Shown in pieces: positions 26,201 to 36,211 of a stretch of DNA of 37,975 bases. The stretch is from Clostridia bacterium (lineage in GTDB: Bacteria > Bacillota > Clostridia > Oscillospirales > CAG-272), in the NCBI GenBank assembly GCA_017450885.1, contig JAFSSR010000023.1:1-37975 (forward strand), written 5' to 3'. The notes under the pieces are model-generated. The model was not told where the DNA came from. It searched no databases and was given only the letters and a program-made list of their open reading frames with translations. Made by a program: the position numbers and the translations under genes. Positions within the stretch are counted from its first letter, which is position 1. The number at the start of each line of letters is the position of its first letter.

Positions 26201-26944
26201 GTGAAGCTGATAGTCAACGGCGCCGGGGGCAGGATGGGCGGGATGCTCGTCTCGCTGATCGACGCTTCAAACACGCATACCCTCGTATGCGCCGCGGATC
26301 CCGCTTTCGGGCGGGACTGTCCGTTTCCCCGCGTCAAAAGCCTCTTCGACTACCGCGGCGAAGCGGACTGCGTTATTGATTTCTCCGACCGCAGGGCGAC
26401 CCGCTCCGTCTGCGAGTACGCCGTGGGCAGAAGGCTGCCGCTCGTCGTCGCCACCACCGGGCAGACCGCGGCGGAAAGGGAGATGATCGCCTCAGCCTCG
26501 GCTGTCGTCCCCGTCTTCTTTTCGGCGAATATGTCGGCGGGCGCGGCGCTTGCCGCACGGCTGGTCAGGACGGCGGCTTCCTTCTTTCCCGAGGCGGAGA
26601 TAGAGATCGTCGAGACCCACCGTTCGGGCAAAATCGACGTTCCGAGCGGGACCGCCGTCATGCTCGCCGACGAGATAAAGAAGGTACGCGGCGACGCGTT
26701 CGTCACCGTCGGACGCAGGCAGGGCGGACGGAAAAAGGGGGAGATCTGCATCCATTCCCTGCGGCTCGGCGGGTCGGCGGGCAGGCACGAGGTCATAATA
26801 TGCGCCGGGAGCCAGACGATAACGATCTGCCACGAGGCGCACGACCGCCGTCTGTTCGCCGAGGGGGCGATAGCCGCCGCGGAATACGTCGTACGGAGAC
26901 TTCCCGGAATTTACACCATGAGGAATTTGGCGGATGAGAATTGA
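26201..26944 (+). CDS. dapB: 4-hydroxy-tetrahydrodipicolinate reductase
   Basis: GTG start preceded by GGAGG. The MKLIVNGAGGRMG Rossmann N-terminus is present, along with a DapB C-terminal tetramerisation domain. Confidence 0.8.
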   Translation: MKLIVNGAGGRMGGMLVSLIDASNTHTLVCAADPAFGRDCPFPRVKSLFDYRGEADCVIDFSDRRATRSVCEYAVGRRLPLVVATTGQTAAEREMIASASAVVPVFFSANMSAGAALAARLVRTAASFFPEAEIEIVETHRSGKIDVPSGTAVMLADEIKKVRGDAFVTVGRRQGGRKKGEICIHSLRLGGSAGRHEVIICAGSQTITICHEAHDRRLFAEGAIAAAEYVVRRLPGIYTMRNLADEN

Positions 26945-27740
26945 GTTTACAAAAATGACCGCCGCGGGCAACGACTACGTTTACGTCGACTGCACGCGGC
27001 GCGAGAGCCTGCCGTTCGATCCCGGAAAGCTGGCGCGCGCGGTGTCCCCGCGCAGGACCTCCGTGGGAGCCGACGGGCTCGTGCTTATCTGCGCGGACGG
27101 AGCCTCGGACGCGCGGATGCGGATGTTCAACGCCGACGGGAGCGAGGGGCTGATGTGCGGCAACGCGTTGAGATGCGTGACGCGCTACGTTTTCGACCGC
27201 GGGATATGCGTAAAAAGGAATATGGAGATCGCGACCGCGTCCGGGGTGAGGCGGACGTCGGTCTCGCCCGACGGCGAGATCACGGCGGAGATGGGGAAGG
27301 CGGTCTTCCGCCGCGATCTGCGGGCGGCGATCCGCGGGCGGGTATGGGAGGTCACCGCCCTTTCGGTGGGCAATCCCCACGCGGTCGTGTTCGGAGCGGA
27401 GCCGGCGCTTGTCGATCTCGGCGCGATAGGCCCCGCATTCGAGAACGCTCCCGTTTTCGGGGAGAGGGTAAACGCGGAATTTGTGAAAAAGACGGGCGCC
27501 GACAGCCTCGAAATGAGGGTCTGGGAACGGGGAAGCGGCGAGACGCTCTCCTGCGGGACGGGCGCCTGCGCCGCGGCGGCGGCGTCTGTCAGACGCGGTC
27601 TGTTCCCGGCAGGCTCCGAGATCGGGATAAGACTGCCCGGCGGCGAGCTGCGGGTAAGATGCACGCCGGAGTATGATCTATTCTTGTCCGGGCCCGCGGA
27701 TTACGTTTACGACGGGGTATTTTATTATGATCAAGACTGA
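26934..27740 (+). CDS. dapF: diaminopimelate epimerase
   Basis: MRIEFTKMTAAGNDYVYVD... and two active-site Cys regions (MFNADGSEGLMCGNA, LSCGTGACAAA). It overlaps the dapB stop by 11 nt. Confidence 0.9.
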   Translation: MRIEFTKMTAAGNDYVYVDCTRRESLPFDPGKLARAVSPRRTSVGADGLVLICADGASDARMRMFNADGSEGLMCGNALRCVTRYVFDRGICVKRNMEIATASGVRRTSVSPDGEITAEMGKAVFRRDLRAAIRGRVWEVTALSVGNPHAVVFGAEPALVDLGAIGPAFENAPVFGERVNAEFVKKTGADSLEMRVWERGSGETLSCGTGACAAAAASVRRGLFPAGSEIGIRLPGGELRVRCTPEYDLFLSGPADYVYDGVFYYDQD

Positions 27741-28902
27741 ACTCAACGCGGGCTTCGCCTCGCTCGGCGGCGGATATCTTTTTTCCGAGACGGCGCGCCG
27801 GATAAGGGCGTTCGAGGCTGAAAACCCCGGGAAAAAGGTGATTCGGCTCGGAATAGGGGACGTGACCCTCCCGCTTGGGAAAACGGTGGTGGACGCAATG
27901 CTGCGCGCTTCCGCGGAGATGGGGGAGCGCGGGACCTTCCGCGGTTACTGCCCGGAGGCGGGGTACGGCTTTCTGCGCTCCGCCGTCGCCCGGTATTACG
28001 CCCGCCGCGGGGTGGACGTAAGGCCGGAGGAGATCTTCATCTCCGACGGAGCGAAAAGCGACTGCGCCGCCGTGCCGTCCCTTTTCGGGGCTGCGAAGGT
28101 CTATATACCCGACCCGGTCTACCCCGTTTACCTGGATACAAATCTGCTCGCGGGCAGGGAGACGGTATCCATCCCGGCTCTGCCGGAGGACGGATTTCTC
28201 CCCGGCCCGGAGAGATGCGGCGGCGGTCCCGCGGTGATCTATCTCTGCTCTCCCGACAATCCGACGGGAGCGGCATACGGCAGGGAAGGGCTCGCTGCGT
28301 GGGTGGTTCACGCCATAAATACCGGCTCGGTCATCATTTACGACGCCGCGTATGAAGCGTATATCACCGAGCCCGGCGTCCCGCACACCATTTACGAGAT
28401 CCCCGGCGCCAAGTCCTGCGCCGTAGAGATCAACTCGCTCTCGAAGAGCGCGGGATTTACGGGAACGCGCTGCGGATGGTCGGTCTTCCCGCGCGAGCTC
28501 GGCGAGCTGGGGAAGATGTGGGCGCGCAGGCAGGCGGCCTCCTTCAACGGGGTGTCGTATATCGTCCAGCGCGCGGCGGAGGCGGCTCTTTCGCCCGCGG
28601 GACTTGCGGAGAGCGCGAAGATGGCGGAGTATTATCTGTCAAACGCGCGGCTGATCTCCCGCCTTCTCGACGAAAAGGGGATATTCCATACCGGCGGCGT
28701 CAATTCGCCGTATATATGGATGCGCTGTCCGGACGGATGCGGCTCCTGGGAGTTTTTCGACCGTATGCTGACCTCCGCGGGCGTCGCCGGCACCCCCGGG
28801 GCGGGCTTCGGGAAATACGGAGAGGGATTTTTCCGCCTTACCGCCTTTTCCGCGCGAGAGGACACCGAGACGGCTGTCGCGAGACTGCGCGAGTTCCTGT
28901 AG
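27727..28902 (+). CDS. dapL: LL-diaminopimelate aminotransferase (DapL, PLP fold type I)
   Basis: MIKTELNAGFASLGGGYLFSE...IRLGIGDVT N-terminus characteristic of DapL, and a PLP-lysine region SLSKSAGFTGTRCGW. The internal ATG 27727 is preferred over the ORF-track start at 27673. Confidence 0.85.
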   Translation: MIKTELNAGFASLGGGYLFSETARRIRAFEAENPGKKVIRLGIGDVTLPLGKTVVDAMLRASAEMGERGTFRGYCPEAGYGFLRSAVARYYARRGVDVRPEEIFISDGAKSDCAAVPSLFGAAKVYIPDPVYPVYLDTNLLAGRETVSIPALPEDGFLPGPERCGGGPAVIYLCSPDNPTGAAYGREGLAAWVVHAINTGSVIIYDAAYEAYITEPGVPHTIYEIPGAKSCAVEINSLSKSAGFTGTRCGWSVFPRELGELGKMWARRQAASFNGVSYIVQRAAEAALSPAGLAESAKMAEYYLSNARLISRLLDEKGIFHTGGVNSPYIWMRCPDGCGSWEFFDRMLTSAGVAGTPGAGFGKYGEGFFRLTAFSAREDTETAVARLREFL

Positions 28903-28920
28903 ATCCGCGGCGCGAACGCA

Positions 28921-28957
28921 AAAGACCGCTTCGTTCGGAAACGAAACGGTCTTTTTG
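28921..28957. terminator. terminator hairpin between the convergent dapL and trkH genes
   Basis: AGACCGCTTCGTT / AACGAAACGGTCT stem followed by TTTTT on the plus strand. Confidence 0.65.
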
Positions 28958-28963
28958 CCGTTC

Positions 28964-30475
28964 TTATTCGGAGACCGGAAATTTGATCTTTTTGACCTTC
29001 GACTTGCGTCTGTTCCACATGGAGGGGAAGAAGATCATGAGTATCGGGAAGATCTCCAGCCTGCCGAGCAGCATATCGAGGGTGAAAAGGAGCTTGGAGG
29101 GGATCGTAAAGGCGGCGAAGTTGGACTGACCGCCGATTATCGGCCCTATGTTGTTGAGGCAGGACAGGGTGGACGAAAACGCCGTCGTAAAGTCGACCGA
29201 CGCAGGGTCTATGCCTATAAGCAGCACCGAGATGATAAGCACCATGGAGTATACCACGAAATAAACGTAGGTCCCCTTTACCGTCTTTTCGTCTACTGTC
29301 TTGTCGTCGATACGCAGGGGGATGACGGAGTTCGGGTGGATGAGGCGGCGCATCTCGTTCTTTGCGGATTTGCAGAGAATGAGTATGCGGTAGAGCTTAA
29401 ATCCGCCGCCGGTCGAGCCCGCCATGGCGCCGAGGAACATAAGGAATATGACGACCGTCTTTGAAAAGCTGGGCCAGGTGTTGAGGTCGACCGTCCCGTA
29501 GCCGGTGGTGGTGATGAGCGACGCGACCTGGAAGACCGACTGACGCAGCGCCTGTCCGAAATTGTTTACGGTATTGAGTATATTGACCGCTATGGCGAAG
29601 GTCGCCACGGTGACTATACCGAAATAGAGCTTCAGTTCCTCGTTCTTGAAGCTTGCCTTGAACTGCCGCAGCAGCATGAAATAGAAGAGGTTGAAGTTCA
29701 CTCCGAAGAGCAGCATGAAGACGGTGATGACCATCTCATAATACAATGCGTGCGGATCTCCCACCGCGGCGTAATGCCCGATGCTGGCGTCCCAAACGCT
29801 GAAGCCGCCGGTGCCCGCCGTTCCGAAAGAGTGTATGAACGATTCGTAAAGCGGCATCCCGCCGAAGAACAGCATGGCGGTCTCGATCAGGGTGAGCGCA
29901 AGGTAGATGCCGTATAGGATCTTCGCGGTATTGCTGACCTTGGAGACCAGCTTCCCGACCTCGGGACCCGGCACCTCGGCGCGCATGATATGCATATTGC
30001 GGTTGCCCGACATGGGGAGTACCGCCATGACGAAGACGAGCACGCCCATACCGCCGATCCAGTGGGTAAAGCTCCTCCAGAAAAGGACTCCGCGGAACCC
30101 TTCGGCGAGGAACTTTTCGATCTCGGTCATGATGGTCGTTCCGGAGGTGGTGAACCCGGAGACCGTCTCAAAGACCGCGTCGACGTAGTTGGGTATCATG
30201 CCGGAAATCACCAGGGGGACGGCGCCGAAAAGGGACATCAATATCCAGGAGAAGGCGACGATGGCAAAGCCGTCGCGGGCGTATATCTCCCCGTCCTTCT
30301 GACTTTTTACGCCAAGAAGCGCCCCGAAAACGACAAGTCCGGCGATCGGGATTATAAACGAGAGTATCTTATCCGTCTCGCCGTAAATGAGCGAAACGCC
30401 GAGCGAGATCAGCATCATCGCGGCTTCCGACAGCATTATACGGCTGAGGGTGTAGCGTATGGTTTTGAAATTCAC
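28964..30475 (-). CDS. trkH: Trk-type K+ uptake membrane subunit TrkH
   Basis: TrkH/KtrB family with M1P1M2 repeats (GFTTSGTT, TTTGYGT-like selectivity motifs), 503 aa. A 4-nt overlap joins it to trkA. Confidence 0.85.
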   Translation of the reverse strand: MNFKTIRYTLSRIMLSEAAMMLISLGVSLIYGETDKILSFIIPIAGLVVFGALLGVKSQKDGEIYARDGFAIVAFSWILMSLFGAVPLVISGMIPNYVDAVFETVSGFTTSGTTIMTEIEKFLAEGFRGVLFWRSFTHWIGGMGVLVFVMAVLPMSGNRNMHIMRAEVPGPEVGKLVSKVSNTAKILYGIYLALTLIETAMLFFGGMPLYESFIHSFGTAGTGGFSVWDASIGHYAAVGDPHALYYEMVITVFMLLFGVNFNLFYFMLLRQFKASFKNEELKLYFGIVTVATFAIAVNILNTVNNFGQALRQSVFQVASLITTTGYGTVDLNTWPSFSKTVVIFLMFLGAMAGSTGGGFKLYRILILCKSAKNEMRRLIHPNSVIPLRIDDKTVDEKTVKGTYVYFVVYSMVLIISVLLIGIDPASVDFTTAFSSTLSCLNNIGPIIGGQSNFAAFTIPSKLLFTLDMLLGRLEIFPILMIFFPSMWNRRKSKVKKIKFPVSE

Positions 30476-31848
30476 CGTCTCGTCCCTCCCCGGCGGACTA
30501 TATCGGAAAGTCTGGAAACGTTTTTATCCGTGGTGACGATGATAACGCTGTCGCCCTGCCCGAGGATGTCGCGGCCGGATGGGATGATTATCTCTCCGTC
30601 CTTGCGGGCGATGACGGCGATGAGCACGTCGGAGCGCAGATCGAGCTCCATTATCGGGCGTCCGATCAGCTCGGAGCCTTCCGCTACGCGGAATTCGACC
30701 GCCTCCGCCAAGCCGTTGACGATCGGGTGGAGGGTGACTATATCGTTGTCGTCGCTGTTCATCGTGCGGACGTACTGGGTTATCTGCTCGGCCGTGATCG
30801 CGCTTGCGGAGACTATGGTGTCCTGGACCGCGGAGTGCGCCACGAGATTGAAGAAGGTGCGGCGGTTGATCTTGGTGACGACCTTGCCGACCCCTTTCTG
30901 TATCGCGTACATCGAGAGGATTATGTTGGATTCGTCGAGGCCCGTCAGCGCGACGAACGCGTCGGTCTTCGCGATGCCCTCTTCGCCGAGGATCTCGCCG
31001 TCCGTCGCGTCTCCCTGAATGACCAGCGCGTCGGGGAGGCGTTCGCTCATCTGACGGCAGCGGTTCAGGTCGCTGTCCACTATCGTGACCTTTATGCCTA
31101 TGCCGATCAGCTCCTTCGCGAGATGATAGCAGATGCTGCTGGCTCCGGCGATGATGGTGCTCTTTACACCCGCGCGCAGGACCCCCAGATGGGCAAAGAA
31201 ATTGACCAGCTCGGAGGGGGAGGAGGTTATGTAAACGGTGTCTCCCGCCTCGATGACAAAATCGCCGGACGGGATGGTCGCGCCGCCGTTGCGGGCGACC
31301 GCGCAGATGAGCACCTTTGCGCGGACGTTCTTTTTGAGGTCGGAGAGCTTGACCCCGTTGAGCGGGGACGCTTCGCCGACGATATACTCTATCAGCTCCA
31401 CGCGGCCCTTGGCGAAGGACTCAACCTTCAGGGCGGTGGGGAAGCGCAGAACGCGGGAAATCTCGCGCGCCGTAGCCTTTTCCGGGTTGATTATCATGGA
31501 GAGCCCGAGGTCGTCGCCCATATAGCGGAGCTGTTTTTCGTACTCGGGATTGCGAACGCGGGCTATGGTGTGACCGGCGCCCAGCTTCTTTGCGACGAAG
31601 CAGGCGAGGATGTTGACCTCGTCCTCAGGCGTGCAGGCTATGACGAGGTCGGCGTTTTTTGCGCCGGCTTCGGAGAGGATATCGTACGACGCGCCGTTTC
31701 CGCAGACTCCGATGACGTCGCAGGTATTGATAAGCTCCTCGAGCCTTTGCTTTTTCGTATCGACGACGGTCAGATCGTGATTTTCCGCGGCGAGATTTTC
31801 CGCGAGCACGCTTCCGACTTTGCCGACGCCGATGATTATTATCTTCAT
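30472..31848 (-). CDS. trkA: Trk system NAD-binding regulatory subunit TrkA (tandem RCK domains)
   Basis: MKIIIIGVGKVGSVLAENL Rossmann motif repeated in a second half (KVLICAVARNGG...); 458 aa. Confidence 0.85.
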   Translation of the reverse strand: MKIIIIGVGKVGSVLAENLAAENHDLTVVDTKKQRLEELINTCDVIGVCGNGASYDILSEAGAKNADLVIACTPEDEVNILACFVAKKLGAGHTIARVRNPEYEKQLRYMGDDLGLSMIINPEKATAREISRVLRFPTALKVESFAKGRVELIEYIVGEASPLNGVKLSDLKKNVRAKVLICAVARNGGATIPSGDFVIEAGDTVYITSSPSELVNFFAHLGVLRAGVKSTIIAGASSICYHLAKELIGIGIKVTIVDSDLNRCRQMSERLPDALVIQGDATDGEILGEEGIAKTDAFVALTGLDESNIILSMYAIQKGVGKVVTKINRRTFFNLVAHSAVQDTIVSASAITAEQITQYVRTMNSDDNDIVTLHPIVNGLAEAVEFRVAEGSELIGRPIMELDLRSDVLIAVIARKDGEIIIPSGRDILGQGDSVIIVTTDKNVSRLSDIVRRGGTRR

Positions 31849-32005
31849 ATTGTTTCCTCCGGGTCTTCCCGAATTTATCTCTTACAGCGTTGTTCCGAAG
31901 AACAGATATCCACATTATATCACCAAACTCCGAAAATATCAACACATATTTAATGATAATACAGCCGGACATGGTCGTTCCTACCCTCTTTAGGCGAAAA
32001 CAAGA

Positions 32006-32034
32006 TTGACATCGTCTGCGCTATGGGGTATAAT
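32006..32034 (+). promoter_or_regulatory. consensus sigma-A promoter TTGACA-17-TATAAT for the lipoprotein gene
   Basis: TTGACA at 32006-32011, TATAAT at 32029-32034. Confidence 0.7.
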
Positions 32035-32070
32035 GATCGTATCATATTTATTTCAAAGGGAACGGCAAAA

Positions 32071-33540
32071 ATGAAATTCAAACGCGCGGCCGCCCTCTTC
32101 GCGGCGGCAATACTTCTTTTCTCGGGATGCGGAACACGCGGGAACGGCGGCGGCGACACCTCTGAGCCGGAGACCACCGCTCGCGATATGAGCAAATACG
32201 ACCCGCGCGAGGCGGTCTCCTTAAAAAGCGAGCATTTTTCCGTCACCAACGACAAGCTCGCCTATTTCTTCTACAAGGACTACTACGACGCCGTCAACCT
32301 CTATTATGAGAGCTATTTCGCGCCTTACGGGCTCGATCCGACGAAGGATCTGAAGGAGCAGAATTACGATAACACCGCCACCTGGTTCGACTATTTTATG
32401 GGCGTCACGGTGCAGAACGTATTGAATTATCTCCGCTTGGCGGAGGCGGCTATCGACCGCGGGGCGGGTCTTGACGACGCGGACCGCGCAAAGGCGGCAG
32501 CGGAGCTGGACGATATAAAAGCCGCCGCGGAGGAGTTCGGGATGTCCCTTCAGGAGTTCCTCGACAGCCGTTTCGGCGAGGGGCTTACCGAGGAGTCTTT
32601 GCGCGAATGTCTCGAGCTGTACTATTTAAGCGACAAGCAGTTCAGCTATATTTCGGACAGCGTGGCGGCTGACGACGCTTCTCTCGAAGCGTACTATGAG
32701 GAAAACAAAAAGGACTTCCTTTTTGTCGATTTCCGCAAGGTCGAGGTCCGCGCCGATCAGACCGAGTACGCGAACGAGGAAGCGCGCAAGGCGGGGTTTG
32801 CCGAGGCTGAAAGGCAGTCGAGGTATATCGAAGCGTCCGCCGGTATCGACGAGTACGTCGAGCGCGGCATAGCGTATTATAAGTCGATAAACGATACTCT
32901 CGAGGTCCCGCTTTCCGACGAAGAGATATATACAAAAGTGACCAATATAGTGGTCCAGTACGGCTTCAACGATACGACCGCCTTCGGAAAATGGGCGTTT
33001 GCCGACGGCAGGCGCGCGGGCGATATTGTCATGCTCGACAACGGCTCCGGCATATACACGGTCTATTATCTCGTCACGCCCCCCTACCGCGCCGAAAACA
33101 AGACGGTGAACTATCGTTATTCCTGCTTTACGGATGAAGAAAAAGCGAAAGCCGCGCTCGCCGAATTCGAGTCGGGAGAACGGAGCGGGGAACGTTTCGC
33201 CGACCTGGTATCCGGCGCGGACGGCGCGCAGGGGAACGGAAGTCTGCGGGAAAACGTCGATCTGGGCGAGACCGCCCCTGCGGTCGAGGTCTGGCTGTTT
33301 GACAAGGAACGCCGGCAGGGCGACTGCGGACTCGCGGAGCAGGACGGGTATTACTATCTCCTTTACTACGAGGGCGACGGCAAGATCTCCTGGAAGCTTT
33401 CCGCCGAAAACGCGATAAGAAGCGGCGTCATCAATACCGAGCTCGCAAAGTACGCGGCGAAATATAAGATAGAGTCAGATAAGGACAACATATACCTTAT
33501 CCCCGGAGAAAACGCCTATACCAGAGCGGTGAAAGAGTGA
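32071..33540 (+). CDS. secreted lipoprotein of unknown function (signal peptide + lipobox LLFSGC)
   Basis: The internal ATG 32071 is preferred (MKFKRAAALFAAAILLFSGCG...). The mature part is hydrophilic and Asp/Glu/Tyr-rich with no recognisable catalytic motifs. Confidence 0.7.
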   Translation: MKFKRAAALFAAAILLFSGCGTRGNGGGDTSEPETTARDMSKYDPREAVSLKSEHFSVTNDKLAYFFYKDYYDAVNLYYESYFAPYGLDPTKDLKEQNYDNTATWFDYFMGVTVQNVLNYLRLAEAAIDRGAGLDDADRAKAAAELDDIKAAAEEFGMSLQEFLDSRFGEGLTEESLRECLELYYLSDKQFSYISDSVAADDASLEAYYEENKKDFLFVDFRKVEVRADQTEYANEEARKAGFAEAERQSRYIEASAGIDEYVERGIAYYKSINDTLEVPLSDEEIYTKVTNIVVQYGFNDTTAFGKWAFADGRRAGDIVMLDNGSGIYTVYYLVTPPYRAENKTVNYRYSCFTDEEKAKAALAEFESGERSGERFADLVSGADGAQGNGSLRENVDLGETAPAVEVWLFDKERRQGDCGLAEQDGYYYLLYYEGDGKISWKLSAENAIRSGVINTELAKYAAKYKIESDKDNIYLIPGENAYTRAVKE

Positions 33541-33584
33541 TAACGTTCTGACCGCGCCGGGACTCCGGGACGCCGACACGAACG

Positions 33585-33631
33585 AAAAAAAGGATCTGCG
33601 GGAATTCTTGAATTCCCGCAGATCCTTTTTC
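33585..33631. terminator. bidirectional rho-independent terminator (A-run, 16-bp palindromic stem, T-run)
   Basis: AAAAAAA GGATCTGCGGGAATTC TT GAATTCCCGCAGATCC TTTTT. Confidence 0.85.
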
Positions 33632-33694
33632 GGTTTGGCGCCCGGGACGAGACCTCGGGAGGCCTTTCCGCCGCGCCGCCGGGAGAAAGCCGGG

Positions 33695-35287
33695 TCAATT
33701 ACTCTTTTCCGGCAGTCCCGCGTACCCGGTCTTGCGTATTATCTCCTGACCGGAGGGAGAGAGGATAAAGTCGATCATCCTGCCGACGTTTTTGTTCGGG
33801 TCGTCCTTTCGGGTGATAAGGCAGAGGTCGACCGTCAGGGGATAGCTGCCGTTTTCTATGTTTTCGACGGTGGGGTACACCCCGTCCACGGCGAGCAGCT
33901 TGACGCCCTTCTCCTGCGAAAGCCCTTCTACGAAATAGCGGAAGGAATAACCGATCGCTCCGCGCTCGTTGGCGTACTGCGCCACCTCGCGGATAACGCC
34001 TCCCATTCCGCCGACCATCTCATAAGTCATCGGCTGCTTGAGCTCGACTTTGCCCATAAAATACTGCATCATAGTCTGGGAGCCGGAGTTCTCCGGCCGC
34101 TGGAAGGCGACTATCGGCGCCTTGTTCCCGCCGAGTTCCTTCCAGTTTTCGATATCTCCGTGATAGATCGCGCGGAGCTGGTCGGCTGTCAGCGAGTCGA
34201 TCGGATTGTCCTCCTCGACAAAGAAGACGAACGCCTCTTTGCCTATCGGCGTTATATTGAGCTGGACCTTTTTGTCTAACGCGTCCTGAAGCTGGCTTTT
34301 CGACGGGCGCGCCCCGAAGAAGAGATCGACGTCGCAGTTTATCAGGCGCTCAAAGCCGACGACCGTGTTAGTAAACGTGACTATCTTGCCGTTATGCGCA
34401 CAATAATCCCCGTAGTTATTTAAATCGTCCTTGAAAGCCTCTTCTATTTTACCTATGTCCTTGTATACCGCTTTGGCGAACGCGGAGTAGAGCGGATAGC
34501 ACGCCTCCGCGCCGTCCATTTTGGGCATCTCGAACTCTTTTTCGATAAGCAGGGACGGAGCGGTGTCCGGCTCGACCAGCTTTGAGTTGTCCGCATACAC
34601 GGTGTAGTCGGTGAAATCGGTGCTGGAGTATCCGTGCATATAGTCGAAGCCGTGCCCGGCGTATCTGACCTCCGGCCGCTGAAGATACATCGGGATGCTG
34701 ACCGCGACCGACGCGGCGATGAGCAGGAGGGGTAGGATGGTATGCCTTATTCTCGGCTTACCCTTTTCCGCATGGATGGCGCAGACGATAAACCCCGCGC
34801 CGTAAGCGATCATCGCCATAAAGTATTGGGCCCAGGCGTCTCCGTCAAAAACATATGCCGCTATAATTGAAAAGCTCGTGGGCAGCGTCGAGTAATAAAA
34901 GATCTGCATCATATCGCCCGAGGTGCTCCCGGAGAAAATGACCATCAGTACGGCGAATAAGACAGAAAGCGCGGCCGCGATCCAGAGATTGATCATCGCC
35001 GCGGCGTTCATATCCGAGCAGGTCTTCTTGCTGATTATATGGTAAAAGATAAACAGAAATATCGGTAGGATAATGAAATCGTACGCGCCGAGCATTATCG
35101 GTAAGCCGATAAGACTTCCGATGAACGGAACGGCGTAATATAACAGAATTCTGCCGATATTATGCGCGACAGTCCCGAGAGGCCCGCTGTCGCCCGCCAT
35201 CTTCCTCTTTTTCTTTTTCGGTTCGGGAGTTTCCTCGTTCAGCTTTTCCGGTCTGATATATGACCGGAAGTCGCGTCTTTCTTCCAT
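33695..35287 (-). CDS. polytopic membrane protein with C-terminal PstS-like (PBP_like_2) phosphate/anion-binding domain
   Basis: ATG 35287 is preferred because a perfect RBS AAGGAGG lies 6 nt upstream. A Lys-rich N-tail is followed by about 8 TM helices, then a domain with ENSGSQ and AIGYSFRYF motifs resembling PstS. Confidence 0.7.
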   Translation of the reverse strand: MEERRDFRSYIRPEKLNEETPEPKKKKRKMAGDSGPLGTVAHNIGRILLYYAVPFIGSLIGLPIMLGAYDFIILPIFLFIFYHIISKKTCSDMNAAAMINLWIAAALSVLFAVLMVIFSGSTSGDMMQIFYYSTLPTSFSIIAAYVFDGDAWAQYFMAMIAYGAGFIVCAIHAEKGKPRIRHTILPLLLIAASVAVSIPMYLQRPEVRYAGHGFDYMHGYSSTDFTDYTVYADNSKLVEPDTAPSLLIEKEFEMPKMDGAEACYPLYSAFAKAVYKDIGKIEEAFKDDLNNYGDYCAHNGKIVTFTNTVVGFERLINCDVDLFFGARPSKSQLQDALDKKVQLNITPIGKEAFVFFVEEDNPIDSLTADQLRAIYHGDIENWKELGGNKAPIVAFQRPENSGSQTMMQYFMGKVELKQPMTYEMVGGMGGVIREVAQYANERGAIGYSFRYFVEGLSQEKGVKLLAVDGVYPTVENIENGSYPLTVDLCLITRKDDPNKNVGRMIDFILSPSGQEIIRKTGYAGLPEKSN

Positions 35288-35347
35288 GGTCCGCCTCCTT
35301 TTGGGAAAATGTTCGCGGGAATAATATACCACAATTATAGCAAAAAG

Positions 35348-36046
35348 TCAAGAGACGTAGAATTCCCTCATATCGTCCAGCCGCAGGAGCATTGGCGGGA
35401 TGCCGCCCGCCGCGCCGCAGTCGACGTCTATCCAGGTATCGGTGAAGATCGCCCTGCCGCGCCTGTCCCGGTCGAGATAGGCGGTGGGGGTGTGCCCGAA
35501 GACGGTTATGATATCGTCGTAATACCGCTCGTCCGGCGAAAGCCTGTGCCACAGGAGCTCGTCGGGCGTATAGTCCCCGGGCGACTTTTTCGGATCGAAA
35601 TTACCGAGACCGCTGTGTACCAGAAGGAACTCCCGCCCGCCGGCGCTCACCTCCTCGTAAAGCGGCAGATCGCAAACGAACTCAAAAACCGCGTCCCGCT
35701 TTTCCGGCGGGAGGGCGTTCAGCGCCTCGGCGGTCACTTTGCCGCCGTTGCGTATCCATCTCTCAAAAGAGGCGAGCGTATCGGAGTTGAGCGAACGGAC
35801 GAGCTCTTCGGTCACCTCGCCGATCAGCGGGCGGGAGGCGAGCATCATCTCCTCGTGATTGCCGAGGATGAGAAAGACGTTCGGCTGCTCCATTATCCAT
35901 AAAAGCGTCCGCACTCCGTCCTTCCCGCGGTCGACAACGTCGCCGAGGATGAAGAGCAGATCGCCGTCGGAAAAGTCCGCGCGGTCGAGCAGGGAAAGAA
36001 AACTCTCCAGCGGATAGCCGTGCAGATCGGAGGTAACGCAGATCAT
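35348..36046 (-). CDS. metallophosphoesterase (PPP-family Ser/Thr phosphatase-like, calcineurin-like fold)
   Basis: DLHG..., GDVVDRG and GNHE motifs in canonical order. The gene sits 16 nt upstream of the PstS-like gene on the same strand. Confidence 0.8.
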   Translation of the reverse strand: MICVTSDLHGYPLESFLSLLDRADFSDGDLLFILGDVVDRGKDGVRTLLWIMEQPNVFLILGNHEEMMLASRPLIGEVTEELVRSLNSDTLASFERWIRNGGKVTAEALNALPPEKRDAVFEFVCDLPLYEEVSAGGREFLLVHSGLGNFDPKKSPGDYTPDELLWHRLSPDERYYDDIITVFGHTPTAYLDRDRRGRAIFTDTWIDVDCGAAGGIPPMLLRLDDMREFYVS

Positions 36047-36211
36047 AAAACAACGCCTTTCTGTGTTCGATTATTATACCGGTATACCATATTATACCAC
36101 GTTTCCGGCGAGCCGGGAAAAATATTTTTCCGTCACGGGAACTTTTTTGCAAAACGGCGCGTCTAATTGGCGTAAGGCAAAAAAACGACTCCCGAAAGGA
36201 AGGACAACGAT

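Noticed and set aside
27673-27726. Upstream ORF-track starts for dapL (27673), the lipoprotein (32023), trmL (7741) and the PstS-like gene (35332, GTG)
   Set aside because: Conserved N-termini, signal-peptide logic or a much better RBS favour the internal starts at 27727, 32071, 7690 and 35287.
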